A stretch of 44,659 nucleotides of DNA from a virus. Lineage: Duplodnaviria; Caudoviricetes. The notes under the pieces were generated by a model, which was not told where the DNA came from, did not search any database, and saw only the letters and a program-made list of their open reading frames with translations. Every line of letters begins with the position of its first letter. Positions within the stretch are counted from its first letter, which is position 1. The DNA lies in the IMG/VR virus record IMGVR_UViG_3300007734_000695, positions 1-44,659 of that record; one strand, 5' to 3'. The position numbers and the translations under genes are program-made. Of this stretch, positions 35,440 to 43,276 are shown piece by piece.

Positions 35440-36917
35440 CAGCCACCTACCGCGGCGCCAGCGACGACGGCGAGATTGCCGAACCGGCTCTGTGCCGGCA
35501 GGTAGTAGAGCTTGGCCGTTCCGGTCGGCCCCATCCGGTTCTTGGCGACGATCACCTCGGCGATGCCCTGGCAGGCCCGCAGGCGGTCGTTGTGGTCGGC
35601 GAGCTTCATGGCGTAGTCGGATGCGCTTTGGCCGGTCTTCTGCTGCGGCTCCTCCCTCGAGGCATAGTATTCCTCGCGATAGAGGAACATCACCGCGTCG
35701 GCGTCCTGCTCGATCGCGCCGGACTCCCGCAGATCGGAAAGCTGCGGGCGCTTGTCCTCCCGACTTTCCACCTGCCTCGAGAGCTGGGAGAGGGCGATCA
35801 CCGGAACCCCGATCTCCTTCGCCATCACCTTGAGCGCCCGGCTGATCTCGGTCACGTCCTCGGTGCGGTTGGCGTTCCGCCGGTTCCTCGAGTTGCCGGG
35901 GGCGATCAGTTGCAGGTAGTCGACCACGATCAGGTCGAGCCCCCTCCTCCGCTGAAGCCGTCGTGCTCGAGCACTGATGGCGTCCACGGTCGGCGCCGGG
36001 GTGTCGTCGATATGCAGGGTCAGGCTGTCCAGTTGCCTCGAGGCTTCGGCCAGGGACAGCATCTCGTGGTGGGAGACCCGCCCTCCCCGCTGCCGGTCGG
36101 CGGGGATGGTCGAGAGCCGGGCAAGCATCCGCTTGGTGATCTCCTCGGCCGACATCTCGAGCGAGAAGATGCCCACTGACTTGCCGGCCTCGGCGACCGC
36201 GGCGGAGACGTTCACGGCCAGGTCCGTCTTGCCCATCGAAGGCCGCGCCGCGATGATCGTCACCTCGCCCGGGTGCAGGCCGCCAGAAAGGGCATCCAGA
36301 TCCCGGAGGCCCGTCGCCAGGCCGCTCGAGCCACCGGACTTGTAGGCCGCCTCGATCTGCTCGAGCGCGCCCTGGACGGCGACGGAGATATGGATCAGGC
36401 CGCGGCGCTTCTCCGACCGGGTGGCGATCCGGTGGAAGCGCTCTTCTGCTTCCTCGAGGAAGCCGCCGCCATCCTCGCCAACTTCCGGCTGGGCACAGCG
36501 CCCGATCATCTCGAGCATGGTCGTGATGGCCGTCCGGCGCTGCCAGTGCTCGAGGATGGTCCGGCCGTAGTCCTCGGCGTTGACAATGGCGACGATGGCG
36601 CCAGCGAGCTTGACGAGATAGGCCGGGCCACCGACTTCGGCCAAGCCGCCGTCGACCTGAAAGAAGGCGTTCAGCGTGACCGGGTTGGCCTGATGGCCCT
36701 TGTCCACGGTCTTCCTGATGGCGTCGAAAATGCGCCCGTGCGCGGGGTCGGCGAAGTGCTCAGGCTCGAGGAAATCCCGCACCCGCTCGAGCGCCCGATT
36801 GTTGACCATCAGCGCGCCGAGCAACCCCTGCTCCGCCTCGTAGTTGACGGGCAGGTTGATGGCCGGCGGGGGCGCCGTGATCCGCGTCGTGCCTGGGAAA
36901 AAGACCGGGTCTGTCAT
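35439..36917 (-). CDS. dnaB: Replicative DNA helicase
   Basis: EAEQ.LLGAL; AARPSMGKT; FSLEMS; IVVDYLQL; LSQLSR.VE.R.DKRP.LSDLRESGAIEQDAD; KNRMGPTG. Confidence 0.96.
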   Translation of the reverse strand: MTDPVFFPGTTRITAPPPAINLPVNYEAEQGLLGALMVNNRALERVRDFLEPEHFADPAHGRIFDAIRKTVDKGHQANPVTLNAFFQVDGGLAEVGGPAYLVKLAGAIVAIVNAEDYGRTILEHWQRRTAITTMLEMIGRCAQPEVGEDGGGFLEEAEERFHRIATRSEKRRGLIHISVAVQGALEQIEAAYKSGGSSGLATGLRDLDALSGGLHPGEVTIIAARPSMGKTDLAVNVSAAVAEAGKSVGIFSLEMSAEEITKRMLARLSTIPADRQRGGRVSHHEMLSLAEASRQLDSLTLHIDDTPAPTVDAISARARRLQRRRGLDLIVVDYLQLIAPGNSRNRRNANRTEDVTEISRALKVMAKEIGVPVIALSQLSRQVESREDKRPQLSDLRESGAIEQDADAVMFLYREEYYASREEPQQKTGQSASDYAMKLADHNDRLRACQGIAEVIVAKNRMGPTGTAKLYYLPAQSRFGNLAVVAGAAVGG

Positions 36918-37138
36918 GCGCGCTCCTTGGTGGACGCGCCACTCATCATCCACATATTTTTCACTAACGGAACAGATACAATTCTCTTGCTTAAGCCCTC
37001 TTGGGCACGAGCCACTTTGCTGAAATGCACGCCGGGTTTCTTCGCGATTTCGCAATCGCTTAGACCGCAGCGGCGCAAATCACCCACCTGTTTTTCAAAG
37101 GCGGGGCCGCCCATTTTCATGCTTTGGCGATCGTTCAC
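36914..37138 (-). CDS. Small HTH-like protein
   Basis: LRRCGLSDCEIAKK.GVH.S.V.R; GAGG RBS with GTGA overlap. Confidence 0.55.
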   Translation of the reverse strand: MNDRQSMKMGGPAFEKQVGDLRRCGLSDCEIAKKPGVHFSKVARAQEGLSKRIVSVPLVKNMWMMSGASTKERA

Positions 37139-37593
37139 AGCGACCTCGCATCCGGCCGGGGCGGCGCCTTGGCATAGCGCGGGAGGGTCACGGGAATGCG
37201 CGGATCGTCCTCGTAGTCGGGCATGTTCCGAGCCCGCCATTCATCGCCGAAGCGGCCATCGTCACGAATGCGCTTGGTGTCGGACGCCCAGGGCGATCTG
37301 TCCGCACTGCCCATGCGTGACCGCATCACGTCCTTGTAGGTGCCTGACGCGATCCGGTGCGGCCAAACCTTGATCTCAAATCGACGGAACCGGTACTGCG
37401 GCACGTCGTCGACGTTGAGTATGCCGAGGGCCTTCATCATGCGAAGGGCGTGACGCACGGTCGATTCCGGTAGGCCGTCCACGGCCAGGATGCCGATCCA
37501 GACGTTCCGGCCGCGCTCCGTCAAAGAATAGACGGTGTCGTAAACCCGCTTTTGCGCGGCAGACAGGATGATCGGGGCCGTCTCGCTGCTCAT
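37135..37593 (-). CDS. Hypothetical, possible winged-HTH N-terminus
   Basis: LSAAQKRVYD...GL.ESTVRHAL..M...GIL. Confidence 0.6.
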   Translation of the reverse strand: MSSETAPIILSAAQKRVYDTVYSLTERGRNVWIGILAVDGLPESTVRHALRMMKALGILNVDDVPQYRFRRFEIKVWPHRIASGTYKDVMRSRMGSADRSPWASDTKRIRDDGRFGDEWRARNMPDYEDDPRIPVTLPRYAKAPPRPDARSL

Positions 37594-38033
37594 GCCGCCC
37601 TCTTGTTCTTGTAGACGCCCGCCGCTGCCTGCACCTCGGCCTCGGTCCTCGGCCTGAAGACGATGCTCCGGTGATGCTCGCACCAGCTCTCAGCCGGATC
37701 AGCCAGAGGCGCGTCGCACCACTTGGACTGCCAGCCAGCAGCGTCTCCGTCGATCCAGCGGCAGCCCGTGGGCTTCGTCAGGTCGACAGGGGCTTGCTTG
37801 ACCACGGCTTCGCCGCTGGCGTTCTCGTGCCGTGGAAGCCGCTTCCGGTGCGCCCTACCGAGGATGCCGTTCTTCGTCTGCGGAAAGCCCTGTGCGGTCA
37901 GCATGGCGGCGATCTCACGGGCGGGCGTTCCCTTCGCCCACTCGGCCTTGAGGAGCGCGTCGTGCTCTTCCGTCCATCGCGCAACCCCTGCGCCATCGGT
38001 GGCGTTGTGTGTTTGGAGCGTGCTTAGGGTCAT
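37590..38033 (-). CDS. gcrA: GcrA-family cell-cycle regulator
   Basis: WT.E....LK..W..G....EIA..L.....TKN..LGRAHR and CRW..GD......C..P......WC..H. Confidence 0.85.
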   Translation of the reverse strand: MTLSTLQTHNATDGAGVARWTEEHDALLKAEWAKGTPAREIAAMLTAQGFPQTKNGILGRAHRKRLPRHENASGEAVVKQAPVDLTKPTGCRWIDGDAAGWQSKWCDAPLADPAESWCEHHRSIVFRPRTEAEVQAAAGVYKNKRAA

Positions 38034-39088
38034 GCGGCCTCCGTGGGGAAGAGAGGGATCTGCGCCGTCTCAACGGGCAGGCAGGCCGGCGAATACCAGA
38101 CGCATTCCTTGTCGGTCGTCTGCTTGCCGCCGTAGGTCAGCCGGCCGCGTGACCAGTCGACGGCATCCCAGCCCGGCAGGTCGTAATCGCCCCGGTGCCC
38201 GCAGAGAGCAACGCGAAGGTGCGCGTTCTTTCGAGCCCACGCCTCGACGGCATCGGCAACCGGCGTCGACTCGCCGTAGAGCTTTTCATACGAGCGATAA
38301 GGCGGGTCGAGGAACACGGCGGTATCGTCGCCGCCGAAGTGGTTATTGAGGCAGCGCGACCAATCGCCGTGAACGACCCGCACCCTCTCCAGGCGGTCGG
38401 CGAGCTTGTGCAGCCATCCCCATGCGGCGCGGCCAGAACTGGTTAGGAGAGCGCCCCTCCCGGCGTCACTGGCGTGCGGTACCTGCCCGACCGCCTGTAT
38501 CCCCCTCCCGGCGTCACTGGCGTGCGGTACCTGCCCGACCGCCTGTATCCCCCTCCCGGCGGAGCTGGCGTGCGGTACCTTCCCGACCGCCTGTATCCCC
38601 ATCCCGGCGGAGCTGGCGTCGAGACCTTCCCGACTGCCTGTATCCCCATCCCGGCGTTGCCGGCGTGCGGTACCTGCCCGCTCCCACTCGCACCAGCCGG
38701 ACCCGATCCAACAGCACTGGCCCCAAAGCCACCACCCGGCGACCTTGGCGTCTCCCGGCCACTCCGCATCCTGCAGGCCCGCGCCGATCCGGTCGCGCTG
38801 CGCCATCAGCCAGATATGCCGGGCGCCCAAGTCGATATGTGAAACCGGATAGTCGGCCGCCTCGGCAACCGCCGCCGCCTGATGCTTGACCGCTCGCCAG
38901 AAGTTGGCGATGAAGCCGCTCGCGTCGCAGACCACCTCAAGGGCGGCTGGGCGCGGGGCCGCAAGCAAGACTGCCGCCGATCCGCAGAAGGGCTCGATGT
39001 ATTGCGACGGCTCGCCCAGGCGCTTCCACACGTCGGCCGCAACTGTCCGCTTACCGCCGAAGTACGGAAAGGGCGCGATCAGGCTCAT
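38030..39088 (-). CDS. DNA adenine methyltransferase (D12/Dam-like) with internal tandem repeats
   Basis: FPYFGGK...YIEPFCGSAAV...D and FLDPPY motifs. Confidence 0.88.
   Translation of the reverse strand: MSLIAPFPYFGGKRTVAADVWKRLGEPSQYIEPFCGSAAVLLAAPRPAALEVVCDASGFIANFWRAVKHQAAAVAEAADYPVSHIDLGARHIWLMAQRDRIGAGLQDAEWPGDAKVAGWWLWGQCCWIGSGWCEWERAGTARRQRRDGDTGSREGLDASSAGMGIQAVGKVPHASSAGRGIQAVGQVPHASDAGRGIQAVGQVPHASDAGRGALLTSSGRAAWGWLHKLADRLERVRVVHGDWSRCLNNHFGGDDTAVFLDPPYRSYEKLYGESTPVADAVEAWARKNAHLRVALCGHRGDYDLPGWDAVDWSRGRLTYGGKQTTDKECVWYSPACLPVETAQIPLFPTEAA
38454..38680. repeat. 48-bp tandem repeat, ~4.7 copies (GIQAVG[QK]VPHAS[DS]AGR)
   Basis: Unit CCCCTCCCGGCGTCACTGGCGTGCGGTACCTGCCCGACCGCCTGTATC; one unit is 47 bp. 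Confidence 0.95.
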
Positions 39089-39210
39089 GCCTTCCTCACC
39101 GCCAGCCACCGGCCTTCCGTGCCGTGGTGTCCGAGCATCAGAGAACACGTCCAGCCCTTGCGGGTGAACTCGGCGACCTGGCAGGCATGCACGTAACGAA
39201 AAATGGTCAT
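39085..39210 (-). CDS. 41-aa hypothetical protein
   Basis: MTIFRYVHACQV...; ATGA overlaps at both ends. Confidence 0.5.
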   Translation of the reverse strand: MTIFRYVHACQVAEFTRKGWTCSLMLGHHGTEGRWLAVRKA

Positions 39211-39455
39211 GCGCTCACCGCATCGAACAAAGGGATCTGGAACGGGACGGGACGGACCAGGGAATAGCGGGCGTATCTCCTGCCCATCGGGCTCTCCACC
39301 ATCTCCGTCCGGATGTTGTGGCCGAGAGCCTTGAGGTCGGCGATGCGCGCGGCCAGCCGAAAACAGCGGAATAGCTCCAGCGCCTCAATCGGCGTGATGG
39401 TCTGGCCGCTCTCGAGATGGAGGAGGATCTGGTCGGATTGGGTGGGGCTGGTCAT
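39207..39455 (-). CDS. Winged HTH protein (HTH_39-like)
   Basis: Q...IL.HL......T..EA......RLAARI.DL...G..I.T. Confidence 0.82.
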   Translation of the reverse strand: MTSPTQSDQILLHLESGQTITPIEALELFRCFRLAARIADLKALGHNIRTEMVESPMGRRYARYSLVRPVPFQIPLFDAVSA

Positions 39456-39793
39456 GCGCGGACCTCCCTGATCTTGACGCCGTAGATGTGTTCGATGATC
39501 GCGCGCCTCAGCGGGTAGTCGCGGACGATGTGGCCCTTGACCTCTTCAACGATCCGCTCGCCGTCCTCGAAATACCGGGAGTCCGCCGTGTATCTGGCGA
39601 TATGCCCGTTCCGCATCTTCACCGGCCGGCCGTCGATGACGATCTCGTACACGGGATGGAACTCAAGCCCGCTGATCTCCCCTGCCCGCTCCCGGAGCTT
39701 CAGCACGGCGGCGCGCTTCGCCTCGGCTAGGCTGCCAAACCTGTGCCCGTCTACGACTGTTGGCTTGGCACCGTATTTCGAGCGACCCGCCAC
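39452..39793 (-). CDS. DUF1064-like nuclease-fold protein
   Basis: SKYGAK...VDG..F.S..EA.R...L......GEI..L...P.Y...Y.AD..Y......VE.VKG. Confidence 0.82.
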   Translation of the reverse strand: MAGRSKYGAKPTVVDGHRFGSLAEAKRAAVLKLRERAGEISGLEFHPVYEIVIDGRPVKMRNGHIARYTADSRYFEDGERIVEEVKGHIVRDYPLRRAIIEHIYGVKIREVRA

Positions 39794-39959
39794 ATCTGTC
39801 TCCGGGAAAGGCGCCGGGACTACGAGAGCCCCGGCTAGTTAGGGAAGGAGCCGCGCGCACAAACCCGAGGCGCGGCACTCGGTGGACTCTGAAGCTATTC
39901 GTGCGTTCGGTTCATGGTGTCGCTCGACAGGACGCGCTCGGCGGACTTGAGGGCGGCGG

Positions 39960-40682
39960 TCATGCGCCAACGCCCTTCTCGATGATCCGCTCGGCCTCTT
40001 TCAGAATGTCTTCGCGTCGGCTCCACATGAGCCAGCAGTCCGTCTCGCCCCCAATGCTGCCGATGTTTTCCTTCAGCCCCGGCTCGACACCGGCCCAGCC
40101 GTAGCGGTCCGTCACCTGCTTCAGAACGAGCGCTTCCTTCGTCGTCGCGATGCACCAATCGACGTCGTAGAGGTAGAGGGCGAATAGACGGCTCAGCGGC
40201 GATATAATTTGTGAAACGTGCGCGCCGTTCAGTTCGCTACGAGGGCCACGCAAATCAGGCGCCACCCACACCGCGCCGTTAAATGCGACCCGGCCATGAA
40301 TGCGGTCGGCGATGGGATGGGAGTAAATCGCATACTCCCGATGCCCGGCGTCTTCCTCGTGGTCGTAGTAGACTCGGAGAGCGCGGGACTCGCTTGCCAG
40401 TGTGGCGCCGTCGTACCAATTGTAGACGCGGAGGGCCTGGCGGGTTTGCAGATGTTCTGGGTTGCCGCCGCTGCCCATGATGTGGACGAAGTTGCGCGCG
40501 GACAGACGGCCGGGCAGATAGCGCGGATTGACCGGAGCGATAGACCCGTCGAGATAGGCGGGATTGTGGCTCGGCTCAAACGTCAAACCGAGCTTAAAAG
40601 CCTCGGCATCGAGCGCGCCGATAGCCTTTTCCAGCAAGTTGCGCCATTCGGCAGCCTCGGCGATGAACTCAAGCGCCGTCAT
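39960..40682 (-). CDS. Putative GNAT/acyltransferase-fold protein
   Basis: GAVWVAPDLRG resembles GNAT motif A; ATGA-coupled to HTH-PAS gene. Confidence 0.55.
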   Translation of the reverse strand: MTALEFIAEAAEWRNLLEKAIGALDAEAFKLGLTFEPSHNPAYLDGSIAPVNPRYLPGRLSARNFVHIMGSGGNPEHLQTRQALRVYNWYDGATLASESRALRVYYDHEEDAGHREYAIYSHPIADRIHGRVAFNGAVWVAPDLRGPRSELNGAHVSQIISPLSRLFALYLYDVDWCIATTKEALVLKQVTDRYGWAGVEPGLKENIGSIGGETDCWLMWSRREDILKEAERIIEKGVGA

Positions 40683-41575
40683 GCCGCCAGTGCCTCAGAT
40701 GCGCACACCGCAAACGGTTGATTTCCGTCCATGTAGGGCAGCACCAGCCGGCGGTAATGGATCGCCAAAGACACGCCGGGCTCGATCTTCACCGTCGCCC
40801 GGACCTCGTCCAGCGCCGGCTCTTTAGCGGCCATCACCGCTTGAGTGTTGGCAGCGCACGCCCGGGCATAGTCCAGGTCAAAGCTCTCCGTCGTCGGCCG
40901 TCCGATCAACCGCTCGCGCTCCAGCGCATGAACCCGGAAGGCCGGCGAGATGTAGCGGAACAGTAGATCCTCGCCCGAAGGCGATACCAGTGACGTGCGG
41001 AGGTGCGGCGTCTGCTTGGCCGCGGCGACGATGGACGAGCGCTCGGCACGCCCCAGGCTGTCTCGCCAGCGCCGGAAATGGGAGGCTAGATGCCCCCTTT
41101 CCTCGCCCGCTCTTCCGGCGAGTCCGTCGAGGGAGCGGCGGACCTGGACGAGCGCGAGAGAAGCTGCCGGGCCTTCCGCGACCACAGGAACCGCTTCCGG
41201 TCGCCCCAATCCCTGAGCATCAGCGCCATCTCCGCCATGCGCGTCCAGATGGCGGCCTGGAAGCGACGAAGGGGCGGATTGGACTCGGGCATGACGGACC
41301 TCTTTCAGCAGACCTTCAATGGCATCCAGGCGACGGACGAGGTTCGCATCGTCGAACTTGCCGACCACCGGCTCGAGGATGCGGACTCCGAAGAACTTGA
41401 TCGCCGCGAGCAGCACGCCCGCGCTCGGCATCTCGCCTCGCCGGATGCGCGTGATCGTCGGCAGCGATGTTCCGAGCAGGCGCGCGGCTTCTTTCGCCGG
41501 CATCCCGTTGACCTCGCGTGCCAGCGTCTCCGCTACCGGCCCGACAAGGGAGTTATCAGTCAAGGCAAAGGACAT
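40679..41575 (-). CDS. XRE/CII-like HTH protein fused to a PAS-like domain
   Basis: AKEAARLLGTSLPTITRIRRGE.P HTH; C-terminal FRYI...LIGR......DYA.......V.....P......YRRLVLP PAS-like pattern. Confidence 0.7.
   Translation of the reverse strand: MSFALTDNSLVGPVAETLAREVNGMPAKEAARLLGTSLPTITRIRRGEMPSAGVLLAAIKFFGVRILEPVVGKFDDANLVRRLDAIEGLLKEVRHARVQSAPSSLPGRHLDAHGGDGADAQGLGRPEAVPVVAEGPAASLALVQVRRSLDGLAGRAGEERGHLASHFRRWRDSLGRAERSSIVAAAKQTPHLRTSLVSPSGEDLLFRYISPAFRVHALERERLIGRPTTESFDLDYARACAANTQAVMAAKEPALDEVRATVKIEPGVSLAIHYRRLVLPYMDGNQPFAVCASEALAA
41086..41292 (-). CDS. Possible nested out-of-frame gene within the HTH-PAS linker
   Basis: AAGAGG RBS then ATG; MPESNPPLRRFQAAIWTRMAEMALMLRDWG looks helical. 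Confidence 0.35.
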   Translation of the reverse strand: MPESNPPLRRFQAAIWTRMAEMALMLRDWGDRKRFLWSRKARQLLSRSSRSAAPSTDSPEERARKGGI

Positions 41576-41577
41576 GA

Positions 41578-42627
41578 CTACGCGCTCCGTTGTTTGATCG
41601 GGGCGTGAGGAGGAACCAAGAAAAGTGCGCCGTTGCCGCTGTGACTGCAGAACGCAGCGGAGAGATGACCCGGAGGGGCGACCGTCGCCACCTCCGGGCC
41701 GTCATCGGGAGCGAGGCTGAGGGGGGAGGCGTTCCCGATGATCTGTGTTGCCTCGGCCTTCAGGATGGCGCGGCCGATGATTTCCGGGATTTGCGGGACA
41801 ACGGCGTTGCCGAGGGCTCTAAGGCGGTCCACCCGAGAGGGAACCCCATGAGCCACTCGACCCACGTCGGGTTCAGCGAGCCACCAATCTGGTTCGCCAA
41901 CCGCCCCGAGACTTGGTCTGTATCGTTCGGCCGGATGCCCCCGGGGGTCGGGAGTCTTTCCGCCAAGTTCACCGCCCGCCCGAGCTCGTTCCCCGAGGGG
42001 CCGTTGCTCCGTCCGTCCTGGCTGAAGCCATGCGGGGTCGGCCATAGCCCGTGCCGCGCCATCGCCCCCAAGGTCGGCCTCAGCGCCGCACCCGAGCTCG
42101 CCGAGCGATTGAAGAAGCTGCCGCTGTCCACCGTCACAGGCGTAGGCAACAATCCAAATCCGGTCCCTTTGGTGAGGCGCACCAACGGCGGAAGCTGGAA
42201 TGCAGTGCCATTCCGCATCAAACCCGAGCGCGGCCAGGTCCCCGAGAACGCGGTCGAGCCCTCGCCCGCGAAGCGCGCCGACGTTCTCCACGATGACGTA
42301 GAGGGGTCGAAGCTCGCCAATAAGACGGGCGTACTCGAACCAGAGACCAGATCGCTCGCCCGCAAGCCCCGCGCCCTTCCCCGCGACGCTGATGTCCTGG
42401 CAGGGGAAGCCGCCACAGATGACATCGACGGAGATGCCGTCTCGAACAAGTCTGTCTGCCGTGAGGGTCCGCACATCGTCATAGCAAGAGACGCCGGGCC
42501 AGTGCTTTGCGAGAACGGCGCGGCAGTAGGGCTCGATTTCGCAGAAGGCGACGGTTCGGAATCCTTCGGTCCTTTCGAGCCCAAGGCTGAAACCTCCAAT
42601 GCCGCTGAACAGGTCGAGCACTTTCAT
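41578..42627 (-). CDS. C5 cytosine DNA methyltransferase, alpha chain
   Basis: DLFSGIGG (I), GGFPCQDIS (IV), ENV (VI), PHQRDR (VIII), RLRALGNAVVP (X). Confidence 0.93.
   Translation of the reverse strand: MKVLDLFSGIGGFSLGLERTEGFRTVAFCEIEPYCRAVLAKHWPGVSCYDDVRTLTADRLVRDGISVDVICGGFPCQDISVAGKGAGLAGERSGLWFEYARLIGELRPLYVIVENVGALRGRGLDRVLGDLAALGFDAEWHCIPASAVGAPHQRDRIWIVAYACDGGQRQLLQSLGELGCGAEADLGGDGAARAMADPAWLQPGRTEQRPLGERARAGGELGGKTPDPRGHPAERYRPSLGAVGEPDWWLAEPDVGRVAHGVPSRVDRLRALGNAVVPQIPEIIGRAILKAEATQIIGNASPLSLAPDDGPEVATVAPPGHLSAAFCSHSGNGALFLVPPHAPIKQRSA
41760..42482 (-). CDS. C5 methyltransferase beta chain in an alternative frame (start uncertain)
   Basis: SWRTS...TWPRSGLMRNG, LPTP/WPTP repeats and motif IX-like LNPTWVEWLMGFPLGWT. 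Confidence 0.75.
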   Translation of the reverse strand: MTMCGPSRQTDLFETASPSMSSVAASPARTSASRGRARGLRASDLVSGSSTPVLLASFDPSTSSWRTSARFAGEGSTAFSGTWPRSGLMRNGTAFQLPPLVRLTKGTGFGLLPTPVTVDSGSFFNRSASSGAALRPTLGAMARHGLWPTPHGFSQDGRSNGPSGNELGRAVNLAERLPTPGGIRPNDTDQVSGRLANQIGGSLNPTWVEWLMGFPLGWTALEPSATPLSRKSRKSSAAPS

Positions 42628-42811
42628 CGTTGGGTTCCCGTCGGCGCGCTCGCCCGTCGTATCGTCAGACAGCTGGCGGAGATGGTGGCGCTCGGCGGAG
42701 AGGACGCCGGAAAGTGAGGCGGTCATGCGCGGACCTGTGCGCCGGTCGGGACACTCAGGCCGAGCAATGCGACGCAGGGCGATTGCAGGCGAAGCCAGTT
42801 ATGAGAGCCCA

Positions 42812-42928
42812 TCAACCCCTCCCCTCCATCTCCTTGGTCTCCTTCACCAAGCCGGATATCTCCGGGATCAGGAGAAAGAGAGCTATCGCGATAGCTGCGA
42901 GCGCGATGATGTCCGGGAGGTCGGTCAT
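42812..42928 (-). CDS. 38-aa membrane peptide
   Basis: MTDLPDIIALAAIAIALFLLIPE...; TGATG coupling to cro. Confidence 0.45.
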   Translation of the reverse strand: MTDLPDIIALAAIAIALFLLIPEISGLVKETKEMEGRG

Positions 42929-43182
42929 CAGGCAGCAGCCTCCGCCGGCTTCTCGGGATCGGTGGCGGGAGGTCGCTTCGCCAGCGCAATCCGGCCGAGG
43001 ATGTGCATGGTGATGCCCGGGATCGACCGCTTGGCAGCTCCGACCTCAAGCGCCAGCCAGTATTCGCCGGGGATGTTGTCGCGGTTGCGCCACTGCTTGA
43101 TGGCCCCGACCTCGGCGCCCGTGTCCGCCTTGATCGCGTCGAGATTCGGCCAGGCGGCGATAACGTCTCGGAATGTCTCCAT
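42928..43182 (-). CDS. cro: Cro-like HTH repressor
   Basis: TFRDVI..WP....I..D.G.....I.QWR.R.NIP..YW; divergent from cI. Confidence 0.78.
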   Translation of the reverse strand: METFRDVIAAWPNLDAIKADTGAEVGAIKQWRNRDNIPGEYWLALEVGAAKRSIPGITMHILGRIALAKRPPATDPEKPAEAAA

Positions 43183-43191
43183 GGTCTGGCC

Positions 43192-43233
43192 ATGATACGT
43201 CACGTACCATGCCCCCGTCAATACCATCTGTAC
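43192..43233 (-). promoter_or_regulatory. PR-like promoter (TTGACG-N18-TATCAT) with two operators ATAC-N5-GTAC (43195, 43221)
   Basis: Sigma70-like hexamers; quasi-palindromic 13-mers 26 bp apart. Confidence 0.78.
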
Positions 43234-43276
43234 CACGCGATCTGCGAAAATCTCCCAAGGGAAGAGAGGGGCGCAG

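Noticed and set aside
38454-38680. CRISPR array
   Set aside because: Head-to-tail repeats with no unique spacers, within a coding region, and no cas genes
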